Part shown: positions 47,621 through 56,696 of the stretch, piece by piece
Layout: each line of letters begins with the position of its first letter
How positions within the stretch are numbered: the stretch's first letter is position 1
Assembly: GCA_021800515.1 (NCBI GenBank)
Contig: JAJYYU010000001.1
Coordinates: 6,975 to 70,974 of the forward strand
Reading direction: 5' to 3'
DNA length: 64,000 nucleotides
Origin: Candidatus Micrarchaeota archaeon
GTDB lineage: Archaea; Micrarchaeota; Micrarchaeia; Micrarchaeales; Micrarchaeaceae
Made by a program: the position numbers and the translations under genes
The notes under the pieces: generated by a model
Databases searched by the model: none
Seen by the model: only the letters and a program-made list of their open reading frames with translations
What the model was told of the DNA's origin: nothing

Positions 47621-47647
47621 CGCGGGTGCGAATCCCGCCGAGTCCAT
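47621..47647 (+). repeat. orphan copy of the tRNA-Ala 3' end (att-like)
   Basis: CGCGGGTGCGAATCCCGCCGAGTCCAT versus CGCGGGTGCGATTCCCGCCGAGTCCAT at 43984..44010. One mismatch, same orientation. Confidence 0.85.
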
Positions 47648-47739
47648 TTTATGTTTATGGGGGAGGGGAGTATGGGTCGTCGTATGCTTGAATAGTAAAT
47701 ATTAAATATGTTTATTCACATAATAATTATGTGATTTAT

Positions 47740-47982
47740 ATGCCAAATATCACTCTTTCAATAAGTGAGGAGTTGAAAAAAGAGATGGAGAAGTACTCTT
47801 CAGTCAAATGGTCAAGTGCAGTAAGAAATGTAATAGAACAGAAAATTGCAGATTTTGAGGAAGCTGAGAGCATAGCTAAGAAGAGTAGGCTTAATTGGAA
47901 GACCTGGAAGTTAATAAGTGCGAAAATTTCAAAGAACGCTGCAAAACATGCAGAGGCGCTTCTCAATGAGAGTAACAGTTGA
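47740..47982 (+). CDS. ribbon-helix-helix type antitoxin (VapB-like)
   Basis: About 80 aa. N-terminal MPNITLSISEELKKEMEKY fits a beta-strand plus helix RHH pattern. Overlaps the downstream PIN gene by 17 nt. Confidence 0.55.
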   Translation: MPNITLSISEELKKEMEKYSSVKWSSAVRNVIEQKIADFEEAESIAKKSRLNWKTWKLISAKISKNAAKHAEALLNESNS

Positions 47983-48379
47983 TGCAAATGTACTGTTTGC
48001 ATGCCTCATAAAGGATTCAACAACAAGAAGAATGTTCTTTAATCCTGCGTTGTCACTTTTTGCACCAGAATTCATTGTTGATGAATTTGCACGTTACCTT
48101 GTTGAAGTAAGAAAAAAATCAGGACTGAGTGATGAAGAACTCTATCAATTAGTTGACAAGGTTCTTGGTCAGCTTGTGCTTGTGCCAGACAAGAATCTTA
48201 AACCTTTCCTTCCAGCTGCAGCAAGCATCGTAGAGGATCCAAAGGACTGGCTATATATCTCGTGTGCACTCTATGAAAATACAATTATATGGAGCCATGA
48301 TCGGGATTTCGGCACACAAAAAAGGATACGAATTATTTCCACGAAGGAACTAATAGGTATTATAGGTTCGCTAAGTTAA
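47966..48379 (+). CDS. PIN-domain protein (VapC-like toxin)
   Basis: MRVTVDANVLFACL... with later conserved acidic positions (FIVDEF, SHDRDF). About 137 aa from the internal Met of ORF 47918..48379. Confidence 0.65.
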   Translation: MRVTVDANVLFACLIKDSTTRRMFFNPALSLFAPEFIVDEFARYLVEVRKKSGLSDEELYQLVDKVLGQLVLVPDKNLKPFLPAAASIVEDPKDWLYISCALYENTIIWSHDRDFGTQKRIRIISTKELIGIIGSLS

Positions 48380-48882
48380 TTTATTTAATTACTTAATGAC
48401 AAAAGCTATCAAATACTGTTATTTGCTGTTGTTTGTACATCACACTTAACAACTGATTCCTATAGAGCCCATACATACTCTATAAAAGTAGGATTTGGAT
48501 TTATACCCTAGTTCTGTCTTTTCTGTATTATTTTTCTGTATTATAATTTTAGTTCTTTGTTTTTCTATATTCTTTTATAGACAATATCAAGCGATTTTTA
48601 TTGGGATCCTCAGAGTTACATTGATCATCAAATGAGCAGGTATCAGTATTCGCTTCTTAAAAAGGCTAAGAGCATCATCTTTACGCATAGCAAAAGTTTG
48701 CGGGTTTATATAATGAGATATTCATCCCAAATGATAGATGGTATGTATTTTGCTTTGGGAGTTAGTGGCAGAGAAAGAGATGAAGGAAAAATTGCTTTTG
48801 AATGCAGTTGTTTAGCTCCTCAGGTTTACTGTACAAAATATTTAAATATGTAGACTAACATAAAAAAATATAGGGTGATGAT

Positions 48883-49224
48883 GTGGATAAATATTATAAA
48901 GAGTATAAAAAGTGGATAAACTTGGCGACGGCAGAACAGACAAAAAATACTAAGCAACTTGAATATTTATTGGCAAATGGGGATCCAGTTACAAAAGTAG
49001 TAGCTATGTTTAATCCGACAATAGGCAAAATTACAGGCGATAAACTCGCAGAATTAAAGAATGACAAGAATCCATTTGTAAGTTTCGCTGCAGATTATAT
49101 TGAAAAAGAGCAGCTATTAAGACTTAATGCATATAGCATAGACTCTATCGCAGACAAAAAGATAGAAGAGGAAAAACAAAATAAAATGAACTATAAAAAA
49201 TTCATTCGCGTTTCAATCAACTAA
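48883..49224 (+). CDS. hypothetical protein
   Basis: 113 aa with a GTG start. No family recognised. Confidence 0.35.
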   Translation: MDKYYKEYKKWINLATAEQTKNTKQLEYLLANGDPVTKVVAMFNPTIGKITGDKLAELKNDKNPFVSFAADYIEKEQLLRLNAYSIDSIADKKIEEEKQNKMNYKKFIRVSIN

Positions 49225-49233
49225 GATGATAAA

Positions 49234-49488
49234 ATGACTGAATTTTGTAAAAAAGATAAAGTAACAGGGGAACTCAAAAATAGTTCAGTAAGCTTAAATA
49301 CTGCTTACTCCTTGAAGAAAGAATTTGAAATGGATAAAATCAAAGTAAGTTTTGCAAATAAAGGTAAATTAGATAAGGACACGTCAAAAAAATTGTTCAA
49401 TGCTTTCCTGCGAGGATATTGCGGGAATGAGAATTATGAAGATGTTTCATTGCTTAGTGACAATAAAGAAGAATCAAAAAAAGATTGA
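49234..49488 (+). CDS. hypothetical protein
   Basis: 84 aa. Starts 9 nt after the preceding ORF. No family recognised. Confidence 0.35.
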   Translation: MTEFCKKDKVTGELKNSSVSLNTAYSLKKEFEMDKIKVSFANKGKLDKDTSKKLFNAFLRGYCGNENYEDVSLLSDNKEESKKD

Positions 49489-49679
49489 GATCAGGCTATA
49501 ACAAGGAATTTATAGCAAACACGACTATAATAACACTATTATCATTTGATAATAAACTGCTATTTTGCTTTTCAGTGCTGCTATAATTGGCAGGCATCCA
49601 TGCTAGTGCTTTGAATTTTATTACCTGTATTAAATTTCTATTCTGCAACAATTAACAAATATGGCGAAGGTTGTTCTAT

Positions 49680-50207
49680 ATGCCTGCAAAACAAAATACT
49701 ATTTTTACAATAGGCTATTCTACTCGCAGCATAAGGCAATTTATTGAGATGCTAAAGGCAAATTCCGTAACAATGCTTGTCGATGTGAGATCTATACCAA
49801 AATCAAGGCATCAGCCTGATTTTAACCAGCTAAATCTTGAAAAGAGTTTAAAAAAAGAGGGCATAAAATATTTGCATGCTGAGGACCTTGGAGGGCTCCG
49901 CAAGCCAAAAGCTAATTCAATAAATACTGCATGGATAAATAAAAGTTTCAGAGGGTTTGCAGATTATATGCAGACTCGGAAGTTTGCTAGTGCAGTCTTA
50001 AGGCTAATTGGTTTGAGTAAAACTGAAAAAGTTGCCATTATGTGCGCAGAGGGGAATCCATTCAGATGCCATAGATCATTAATAGCAGATTCCTTGCTTG
50101 CAAGGGGCATTGAGGTATATGATATTTCAGGTCTGAATTCCCTTCATATGCATAAATTGACTAACTTTGCAAAGGTTTATAGGAAAAAGATAACATATCC
50201 GTCTTAA
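49680..50207 (+). CDS. DUF488 family protein (second, longer paralogue)
   Basis: IFTIGYSTRSIRQFIEMLKANSVTMLVDVRSIPKSR...VAIMCAEGNPFRCHRSLIAD matches the DUF488 pattern. ORF is open from TTG 49671. Confidence 0.7.
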   Translation: MPAKQNTIFTIGYSTRSIRQFIEMLKANSVTMLVDVRSIPKSRHQPDFNQLNLEKSLKKEGIKYLHAEDLGGLRKPKANSINTAWINKSFRGFADYMQTRKFASAVLRLIGLSKTEKVAIMCAEGNPFRCHRSLIADSLLARGIEVYDISGLNSLHMHKLTNFAKVYRKKITYPS

Positions 50208-50551
50208 TAAATGGGCTTTATCTCTTATACTCTTTTATTTTTTATTCATGTTTTATTTATGTACTGTTTATGCTTATACTGTGGCAGTCATAATTTAAAT
50301 TACTGCTAATTAATGCAAATGCTTAAAAATATTATTGCAAAATATAGTTTAATTTTAAACTATATTAATTTTAAACTAATGTTTTAAATTTAAATATTTT
50401 AATTTTATTTATTAATTTAAATTTTAATTTAATTTTAAATATTTAAAATTTAATTTTAGATTAATATTTCATTTATTCATTTAGATTATTCCATTTAAAT
50501 TAACATTTAAAACCTCTAATCAATCAATCAATTTTAAGCAGGCATGCGCTT

Positions 50552-51571
50552 ATGCATTTTGGCACTGGTTTTTCTATGGACGAAGCAATAAAAGTTAATA
50601 GTCTTGTAATGCAGTTCGGTAAATTTAGGGCAGTGGACGGAATTTCATTTAGTGTGAACAAAGGGGAGATTTTCGGACTTCTTGGCCCAAATGGTGCAGG
50701 CAAAACAACGACGATAAAAATGCTGACAACTCTGCTTAAGCCTACCTCTGGAAATGCATATGTTGCAGGATTTGACATAGTCCGTGACTCTAATAATGTG
50801 CGCAAGAATATAGGCATAGTTTTTCAGGACCCTTCTCTGGATGACGAGCTTACAGGGAGGGAGAATCTTGATTTCCATGCAATCCTTTATAATATAGAAA
50901 AGAACCAGAGGGATAAAAAGATATCCCAGATACTTAAGCTGATAGAGTTAGAAGACAAGGCAGATGATCTTGTAAAGAATTATTCCGGCGGCATGAAGCG
51001 CAGGCTTGAAATAGGGAGAGGTCTGATACATGAACCAAAGGTGCTGTTTCTTGATGAGCCTACTATAGGCCTTGATGCCCAGACAAGGCGGCACATATGG
51101 GATTATATAAAGAAACTCAACAGCGTGCATAAAATAACTATAATACTTACAACACATTACATTGAGGAAGCTGACTACCTTGCTGATAGGGTCGCATTTG
51201 TAGACCACGGAAAAATAGTCGCGCTTGATACCCCAAGAGCGCTTAAAGATAAGCTTGGAGGCGATATAATTTCTATGCAGGTCCAAACAGGGTTAGCTTC
51301 GCTTGAAAAAGGCCTTAAGCCACTAAAATGGATAAAGGCAGCATCAACACATGACGGACGCATAGATCTTACTGTTGATGAAGGCGAGCACCAGATACCG
51401 CGATTAATACTGATTGCAGAAAAACACAATGCAACAATTAGTTCTATAGAGCTGCACAAACCAAGCCTTGAGGATGTATTCCTGCATTATACAGGCAAAA
51501 ACATACGCGATGAAGAAGGGGAGGGATGGAAAGGCAGAATCCGTGCAATGCATGCAAAAAGGAATAGATAA
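50552..51571 (+). CDS. ABC transporter ATP-binding protein (ABC-2/DrrA-like)
   Basis: Walker A GPNGAGKTT, signature YSGGMKRRL, Walker B VLFLDEPTIGLD. The start may be the internal Met at 50576. Confidence 0.9.
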   Translation: MHFGTGFSMDEAIKVNSLVMQFGKFRAVDGISFSVNKGEIFGLLGPNGAGKTTTIKMLTTLLKPTSGNAYVAGFDIVRDSNNVRKNIGIVFQDPSLDDELTGRENLDFHAILYNIEKNQRDKKISQILKLIELEDKADDLVKNYSGGMKRRLEIGRGLIHEPKVLFLDEPTIGLDAQTRRHIWDYIKKLNSVHKITIILTTHYIEEADYLADRVAFVDHGKIVALDTPRALKDKLGGDIISMQVQTGLASLEKGLKPLKWIKAASTHDGRIDLTVDEGEHQIPRLILIAEKHNATISSIELHKPSLEDVFLHYTGKNIRDEEGEGWKGRIRAMHAKRNR

Positions 51572-51572
51572 A

Positions 51573-52328
51573 ATGGAGATAAACGCTGTTTATGTTTTAT
51601 GGCTTAGGGACATAAAAAGGTTCATAAGGGCAAAGTCGAGAATTATTGGAATACTCATGATGCCGCTGTTTTTCCTTCTTGGTCTTGGGCTCGGCCTTGG
51701 CAGCCTTATACACCTAAGTACAGGAGGAAGCTATCTCGACTTCATAGTCCCTGGAATAATAGGTATGTCCCTACTTTTTACAGCAGTATCCTCTGGCACA
51801 GCAGTCTTATGGGACAGGCAGTTTGGATTTCTTAAAGAGATACTTGTAACACCAAATTCCAGAATTTCAATAGTGATAGGGAGAATACTTGGCGGTGCAA
51901 GCACTGCTCTCATACAGAGCGTAATAGTAATATTAATTTCAATATTAATAGGCTTTAATATTCATATGAGCCCTGCTCTGATTCTTGCGCCTGTGTTTAT
52001 GGCACTGATAGCAGCAACATTTATAGGACTCGGCCTCACTCTTGGTTCATTTATCAGCGATTTCCAGGGCTTTCAGCTTGTCACGAGCTTTTTCACAATG
52101 CCTCTTTTCTTCCTTTCAAATGGTATATTTCCAATAAGCGTGTTGCCACAGTTTGTTAAATATATTACATATGCAAATCCCCTTACATATGGCATTGACG
52201 GACTCAGGATAACATTATCAGGTTCAGGTACATTCAGCATATGGACAGATCTTGCTGCAATGCTGATCTCGACGGCCATTATGATTGCACTGAGCGCATA
52301 TGCATTTAAGAAAACAGATGTCGGATAA
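51573..52328 (+). CDS. ABC-2 type transporter permease
   Basis: About 251 aa from Met MEINAVYVLWLRDIKRF, with six predicted TM segments. ATG lies 1 nt after the ATPase stop. Confidence 0.85.
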   Translation: MEINAVYVLWLRDIKRFIRAKSRIIGILMMPLFFLLGLGLGLGSLIHLSTGGSYLDFIVPGIIGMSLLFTAVSSGTAVLWDRQFGFLKEILVTPNSRISIVIGRILGGASTALIQSVIVILISILIGFNIHMSPALILAPVFMALIAATFIGLGLTLGSFISDFQGFQLVTSFFTMPLFFLSNGIFPISVLPQFVKYITYANPLTYGIDGLRITLSGSGTFSIWTDLAAMLISTAIMIALSAYAFKKTDVG

Positions 52329-52357
52329 ACTGAGGAGTTAAAAATTAGTTGGTAAGT

Positions 52358-52753
52358 ATGGAAAAAGAAAAAGGAAAAAAAACTAAGGCAGGCATTGACA
52401 AGAAATTCTTCAAGAATGAGGTATACTCGTCAATGCTTAAGATTATTATACTATCAAAGCTGAAAAAAAGGAAATTCTACGCATATAGTCTTCTTAAGGA
52501 AATAAGCAAAAATACAATGATAAAAAACCATTTTAATGTAAACAATGTAAAATTGAAGAATGATGTGTATAATACTATGAGGTCGCTTGAAAGCTCAGGT
52601 TATATAAAAATATATGAAATAAACAGCAATGCAGCTGGTAAATCAGATGATAAAAAAGCCTATTATATATTGACAAAGCAAGGCGCTGAAATTTTGTTTT
52701 CAATAAAAAAGATTTTCATAAATGCAGCGCATGAGATAAAAAAAATTATATGA
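52358..52753 (+). CDS. PadR-like winged-helix transcriptional regulator
   Basis: About 131 aa. MLKIIILSKLKKRKFYAYSLLKEISK...NTMRSLESSGYIKI fits the PadR pattern. Sits between two ABC-2 systems. Confidence 0.55.
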   Translation: MEKEKGKKTKAGIDKKFFKNEVYSSMLKIIILSKLKKRKFYAYSLLKEISKNTMIKNHFNVNNVKLKNDVYNTMRSLESSGYIKIYEINSNAAGKSDDKKAYYILTKQGAEILFSIKKIFINAAHEIKKII

Positions 52754-52779
52754 CAAGTATTTAGATAGTAGATGGTACT

Positions 52780-53766
52780 ATGCAGCCTTTTGTAGATGTT
52801 AAAAATCTGAGGAAGCTTTTTGGGAATTTTACAGCCGTTGACGGCGTAAGCTTCAGCATAGGCAAGGGAGAGATATTTGGAATTCTCGGTCCAAATGGGG
52901 CAGGCAAGACAACTACAATAAGCACAATCCTTGGAATAGAAAAGCAGACAGATGGAAAAATTGTTGTTGATGGTCTGGACAACTTAAAACATCCTAAGGA
53001 AGTAAAACAGATAATAGGATTCATGGCGCAGGAAACAATTGTAGACAGTGAACTGACAGGCAGGCAGAATCTTGCGCTTGGCGCAGATTTGTATCATATA
53101 CCAAAGTCAGAGATCCCAAGCAAGGTTTCATTCGCCTTGCGCGAATCGCAGCTTGAAAAATTTGCAGATGTGAAGGCAAGCAATTATTCCGGCGGCATGA
53201 AGCGCAGGCTTTATCTTGTTAAATCAATGCTTCATGAGCCTAAGCTACTTATTTTAGATGAGCCTACTACAGGGCTTGACATACAAAACAGAGTGCAAAT
53301 GTGGAAAGACATACGCAAGCTCAAGGCTGATGGGGTTACAATAATTCTGACCACTCAATATTTGGAGGAAGCAGACGCGCTGTGCGATAATATAGCTATA
53401 ATAGACCATGGAAAAATAATCGCGCAGGGCACTCCTTCGCAGCTTAAGAAAATGATAGCATCTGGTAATGTTCTGGAGATTATAACAAAGCCTGAAAACG
53501 TAGAGCAGGTCAGAAAGATGCTAAAAGCAAAATTTGGCTTGAATTCTACAGCAGTAAATGACAAGATAGAGGCAACAGTCGAAAAATCACCATTAGATAC
53601 CTTCCAGAGAATATTGAATGCATTGAAGTCAAGCAAGGCTCCAGTGCTCTCTGTAAGCCTCAGGCTGCCTACTCTTGACGATGTATTTATAAAGTTGACT
53701 GGTGCATCCCTTAGAGATGCTGAGCAAAAGGCAGATGCATCCCAGTCAAATAAAGCAGTGAGGTGA
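52780..53766 (+). CDS. ABC transporter ATP-binding protein (ABC-2/DrrA-like)
   Basis: Walker A GPNGAGKTT, signature YSGGMKRRL, Walker B LLILDEPTTGLD. Confidence 0.9.
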   Translation: MQPFVDVKNLRKLFGNFTAVDGVSFSIGKGEIFGILGPNGAGKTTTISTILGIEKQTDGKIVVDGLDNLKHPKEVKQIIGFMAQETIVDSELTGRQNLALGADLYHIPKSEIPSKVSFALRESQLEKFADVKASNYSGGMKRRLYLVKSMLHEPKLLILDEPTTGLDIQNRVQMWKDIRKLKADGVTIILTTQYLEEADALCDNIAIIDHGKIIAQGTPSQLKKMIASGNVLEIITKPENVEQVRKMLKAKFGLNSTAVNDKIEATVEKSPLDTFQRILNALKSSKAPVLSVSLRLPTLDDVFIKLTGASLRDAEQKADASQSNKAVR

Positions 53767-54881
53767 GTTTTATGGCATTAATGCAGGATAGTTTAACCCT
53801 TTTCAAAAGAGAGATGATGATATTCAGGACTAGTCTTGCATCAAATATAATTAGATCAATAATATTCCCTTTTGTGATGATAGTGTTCCTTGGCGGTATA
53901 GGGAATACTGTCAATCATATCCCAATAGCAATTGTCAATTACGCAAACAACCCGCAGGCATCCCATTTTATTTCTAATCTTGAGCTCAACAATGTGCTGA
54001 ATGTACAGTCTGTTACAACCCAGGCGCAGGCAATGCAGATGCTGCACAACTCGAATGTGAGCCTTGTAGTCATAATACTGCCGCAGTTTCCGAGCAGCGC
54101 GCAGGGCCCGAGCCTTCTTGTTTATTATAATAACAACAATTTTGAAAACATACAAACAGGTCTTTCTTTTATACAGCAAACTGCATCTGAATTCGGTTCA
54201 GGCATGCAGCAGCAGACGCAAGTGCCAAAATCAGGCAATATCTCTGAGAATCCTGTTTCAGGCACACAGGCAAGCTATAAAGACTTCCTATTTGCAGGTA
54301 TACTTATAATGGTAACTGTATTCGGATCAATATTCAATGGAGGAATTTCACTTATTAAGGACAAGGATGTGGGCACGCTGAAATACTTCTTGATGGCGCC
54401 TATTTCAAAGATCTCTATAATTATAGGAAAAATACTTTCAGGTATAACCCAGTCCTCGCTTTATGTTGCGATAGCGATTGTAATAGGATTCCTTGATGGG
54501 GTCAAGATTGTGATGGGGCCTCTTGGCATATTATGGATATTCGCATTTACAATACCAATATCTGTTCTATTCAGCTGCGTCGCAATAATACTTGCCCTGC
54601 GCATACCCAAAATAGAGATATTCACTATAATAATGAATGCTATAACACTTCCGCTCTGGTTTTTGTCAGGAGCATTTTTTCCAGCAACATCATTGCCAAG
54701 CATATTCAAGCCATTCAATGTGTACAATCCTCTCACATATGCTGTTGACGGAATAAGGAGCGTGACAATGCTGGGCTATATCACACCGCATGCAATAATG
54801 CTTGATCTTGGAGTTTTAGCAATAGGAATAGTTGTAATGTTTATTTTTGCAGTAAAGCTTTTCAAGACTACAATAGACTGA
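53763..54881 (+). CDS. ABC-2 type transporter permease with a large extracytoplasmic loop
   Basis: 372 aa. One N-terminal TM, a loop of about 150 aa, then five TM segments. GTG start overlaps the ATPase stop by 4 nt (alternative ATG at 53772). Confidence 0.8.
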   Translation: MSFMALMQDSLTLFKREMMIFRTSLASNIIRSIIFPFVMIVFLGGIGNTVNHIPIAIVNYANNPQASHFISNLELNNVLNVQSVTTQAQAMQMLHNSNVSLVVIILPQFPSSAQGPSLLVYYNNNNFENIQTGLSFIQQTASEFGSGMQQQTQVPKSGNISENPVSGTQASYKDFLFAGILIMVTVFGSIFNGGISLIKDKDVGTLKYFLMAPISKISIIIGKILSGITQSSLYVAIAIVIGFLDGVKIVMGPLGILWIFAFTIPISVLFSCVAIILALRIPKIEIFTIIMNAITLPLWFLSGAFFPATSLPSIFKPFNVYNPLTYAVDGIRSVTMLGYITPHAIMLDLGVLAIGIVVMFIFAVKLFKTTID

Positions 54882-54928
54882 ATTTATTATATGACAGAGT
54901 GCAACAAAAACATGATAAAAAAGAAAAT

Positions 54929-54960
54929 AAATTTTAAAAAAGTTTAATCAAAAAGAAAAT
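54929..54960 (+). repeat. degenerate type II hairpin-element copy
   Basis: AAATTTTAAAAAAGTTTAATCAAAAAGAAAAT compared with AAACTTTTAAGAAAAGTTTCATCAAAAGAAAAT at 43058..43090. The stem is largely lost. Begins 48 nt after the permease stop. Confidence 0.4.
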
Positions 54961-55033
54961 GAAAAAAGAAGAACAAAAAAGAAAAAAATAAAAATAATGT
55001 TAAAATATTAAAATATCGCAAAAAGGTGCAAAT

Positions 55034-56695
55034 ATGAACAAATTGTTTAAAATTCTCCCACTGGTTATAGCGGTTATCGCAATGCTGCATTTTTCTATTG
55101 CAGGCGCATCGACGCTTAGCCCTGCCGACGGCGCTTTGAGCCTGTCTGATATAGGAATTTCAGGCCAGCCCATAATCGCAGGCAGCAATATAACAGTAAC
55201 ATTTCAGCTCTTCAACTCTTATTCACAGGAGCTGACTAATGTAAACCTGTATCTGAATGCGCCAGGAAAAATAGTGAATATATCTCCTTCTTCAACTTAT
55301 GTGATAAGTGCAATCGGAGAAGGTTTGTATGGGGGCAGCAACTTTGACCATTTCATATATAAGTTCCATATACCATCCACTCTTGCTCCTGGAACATACA
55401 CAATTTATGTAAATGCAACATATCAATCTACACAGGCTTCTACGCAGGAAAATATAGTAGGTTTCTCTTCAATGCCTATCTCATTTTATGTATATGGAGT
55501 ACCTAATATTACAGTATCAGGACAATCAATAAATATCTTGCCTGATGCGCAGCAGCAGATACCTTTGCAGGTCTCAAACATAGGAACAGGAGATGCAACA
55601 AATGTAACAATAAAGCTTATGAATAGCAGCATATTTACAGTACTAGGATCTGATGAGTACTCTTTTGGGTCAGTGTCTCCTGGTTCATCGGATAATATAA
55701 ACTTCCTTATTCAAACAAATACAAATATAATAAATTCTACTTACCCTCTTAACTTAGAAGTGAACTACACTAATTCCGTAGGTCAAAGGAAGTCAGAGAT
55801 TATTAATCTGCCTATATCTGTGGTTGTAAATGCCCCTAATATAGTGGCGTCAATATATTCCAGCAATCCGCAGCAGGTGTTTGCAGGATCAAACCAGACA
55901 CTCAATGTAAATTTCCAGAATATAGGTCTAGGCGAAGCTAAGAATGTAAGTATTGTTTTCCTGCATTCCAATTCAATAAGCATTGGGAACCCATCGCACT
56001 TTTTTATACCTTCTATTGCACAGGAAGGTTTAGAAGGCAGCAGCGCGAATAGAACAATATTCGTGCAGATAATTAATACTAGTGCTACAGAGTACAATCT
56101 GCAGGCAGTAGTTAATTATTCTAGCTCAAATTACAAGTCAAGATTAAGCAAGGTCTACAACCTAAGCGTTTCGCTGGAACCTAAGGCAGTTTTCCAGGTG
56201 ACAGGAGTAAGCGCTTCAATCAAGCCAGGGCAGTCCTATGCACCGCTGACCTTGCAGGTCATGAACACTGGCAATGAAGCAGCACAGCATGTCTCATTCA
56301 CACTGGAGACGATTTACCCTATTTCAACAATAGACCCGAACCAGTACTCTGCACAGTTGGCTCCTGGCCAGTCTGAAAACATTACTTTTTATGTCTCAGC
56401 AGATACAAACGGGAACCCTGGGAATTATCCCATAACTCTTTATGAGCAATGGACCCAGAACAATATCCCGCAAAACCAGCAGCTTTCTGGCTCAAACAAC
56501 TATTATGTCGCGTTGGTCGCTCCTCAGAGTGCAGGACAGAGCATTGAGCAGAACAAGTCCGTCATATATGCATTAGCTGCAGCAGTGATAATCCTTATTA
56601 TCGGATTAAGGGTTTACTCGCGCCGCCGCAAGAAGCATAATACATCGCTGCAGGCAAAAGTAACTGATTCTGGAAAAATAAGGCACAGGTCTTGA
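55034..56695 (+). CDS. cell-surface protein with repeated CARDB/COG1361-like modules and a C-terminal TM anchor
   Basis: 553 aa with a signal peptide (LPLVIAVIAMLHFSIAGAS). Recurring module signature: QIPLQVSNIGTGDATNVTIKL, LNVNFQNIGLGEAKNVSIVF, LTLQVMNTGNEAAQHVSFTL. C-terminal TM VIYALAAAVIILIIGL plus RRRKK. Confidence 0.7.
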   Translation: MNKLFKILPLVIAVIAMLHFSIAGASTLSPADGALSLSDIGISGQPIIAGSNITVTFQLFNSYSQELTNVNLYLNAPGKIVNISPSSTYVISAIGEGLYGGSNFDHFIYKFHIPSTLAPGTYTIYVNATYQSTQASTQENIVGFSSMPISFYVYGVPNITVSGQSINILPDAQQQIPLQVSNIGTGDATNVTIKLMNSSIFTVLGSDEYSFGSVSPGSSDNINFLIQTNTNIINSTYPLNLEVNYTNSVGQRKSEIINLPISVVVNAPNIVASIYSSNPQQVFAGSNQTLNVNFQNIGLGEAKNVSIVFLHSNSISIGNPSHFFIPSIAQEGLEGSSANRTIFVQIINTSATEYNLQAVVNYSSSNYKSRLSKVYNLSVSLEPKAVFQVTGVSASIKPGQSYAPLTLQVMNTGNEAAQHVSFTLETIYPISTIDPNQYSAQLAPGQSENITFYVSADTNGNPGNYPITLYEQWTQNNIPQNQQLSGSNNYYVALVAPQSAGQSIEQNKSVIYALAAAVIILIIGLRVYSRRRKKHNTSLQAKVTDSGKIRHRS

Positions 56696-56696
56696 A

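Larger units (their letters stand above)
44010..47647. mobile_element. putative integrated element or remnant at the tRNA-Ala 3' end
   Basis: Bounded by a 27-nt direct repeat (43984..44010 and 47621..47647, 26/27 identical) that copies the tRNA-Ala 3' end. The internal GC-rich block 46090..47620 contrasts with AT-rich flanks. No integrase recognised. Confidence 0.45.

Noticed and set aside
47648-47730. Short reading frames running through the two att-like repeats on the minus strand (MDSAGFAPA...), considered as halves of an SSV-type split integrase
   Set aside because: Both frames terminate within about 30-45 codons and show no similarity to each other beyond the repeat itself.
48632-48853. 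73-aa plus-strand ORF in the 500-nt gap after the PIN gene
   Set aside because: It has no motif, odd composition and no obvious start context. The region may be degraded sequence, and the support is too weak to call a gene.
50208-50551. Very AT-rich, repeat-laden 340-nt region (TTAATTTTAAACTA x2, AATTTTAAAT variants, CAATCAATCAATCA) considered as a replication origin
   Set aside because: There are no ORB-like inverted repeats with G-strings and no adjacent orc1/cdc6 gene. It is more simply read as the leader or promoter region of the ABC cluster. It cannot be excluded without a genome-wide GC-skew or Orc-binding analysis.
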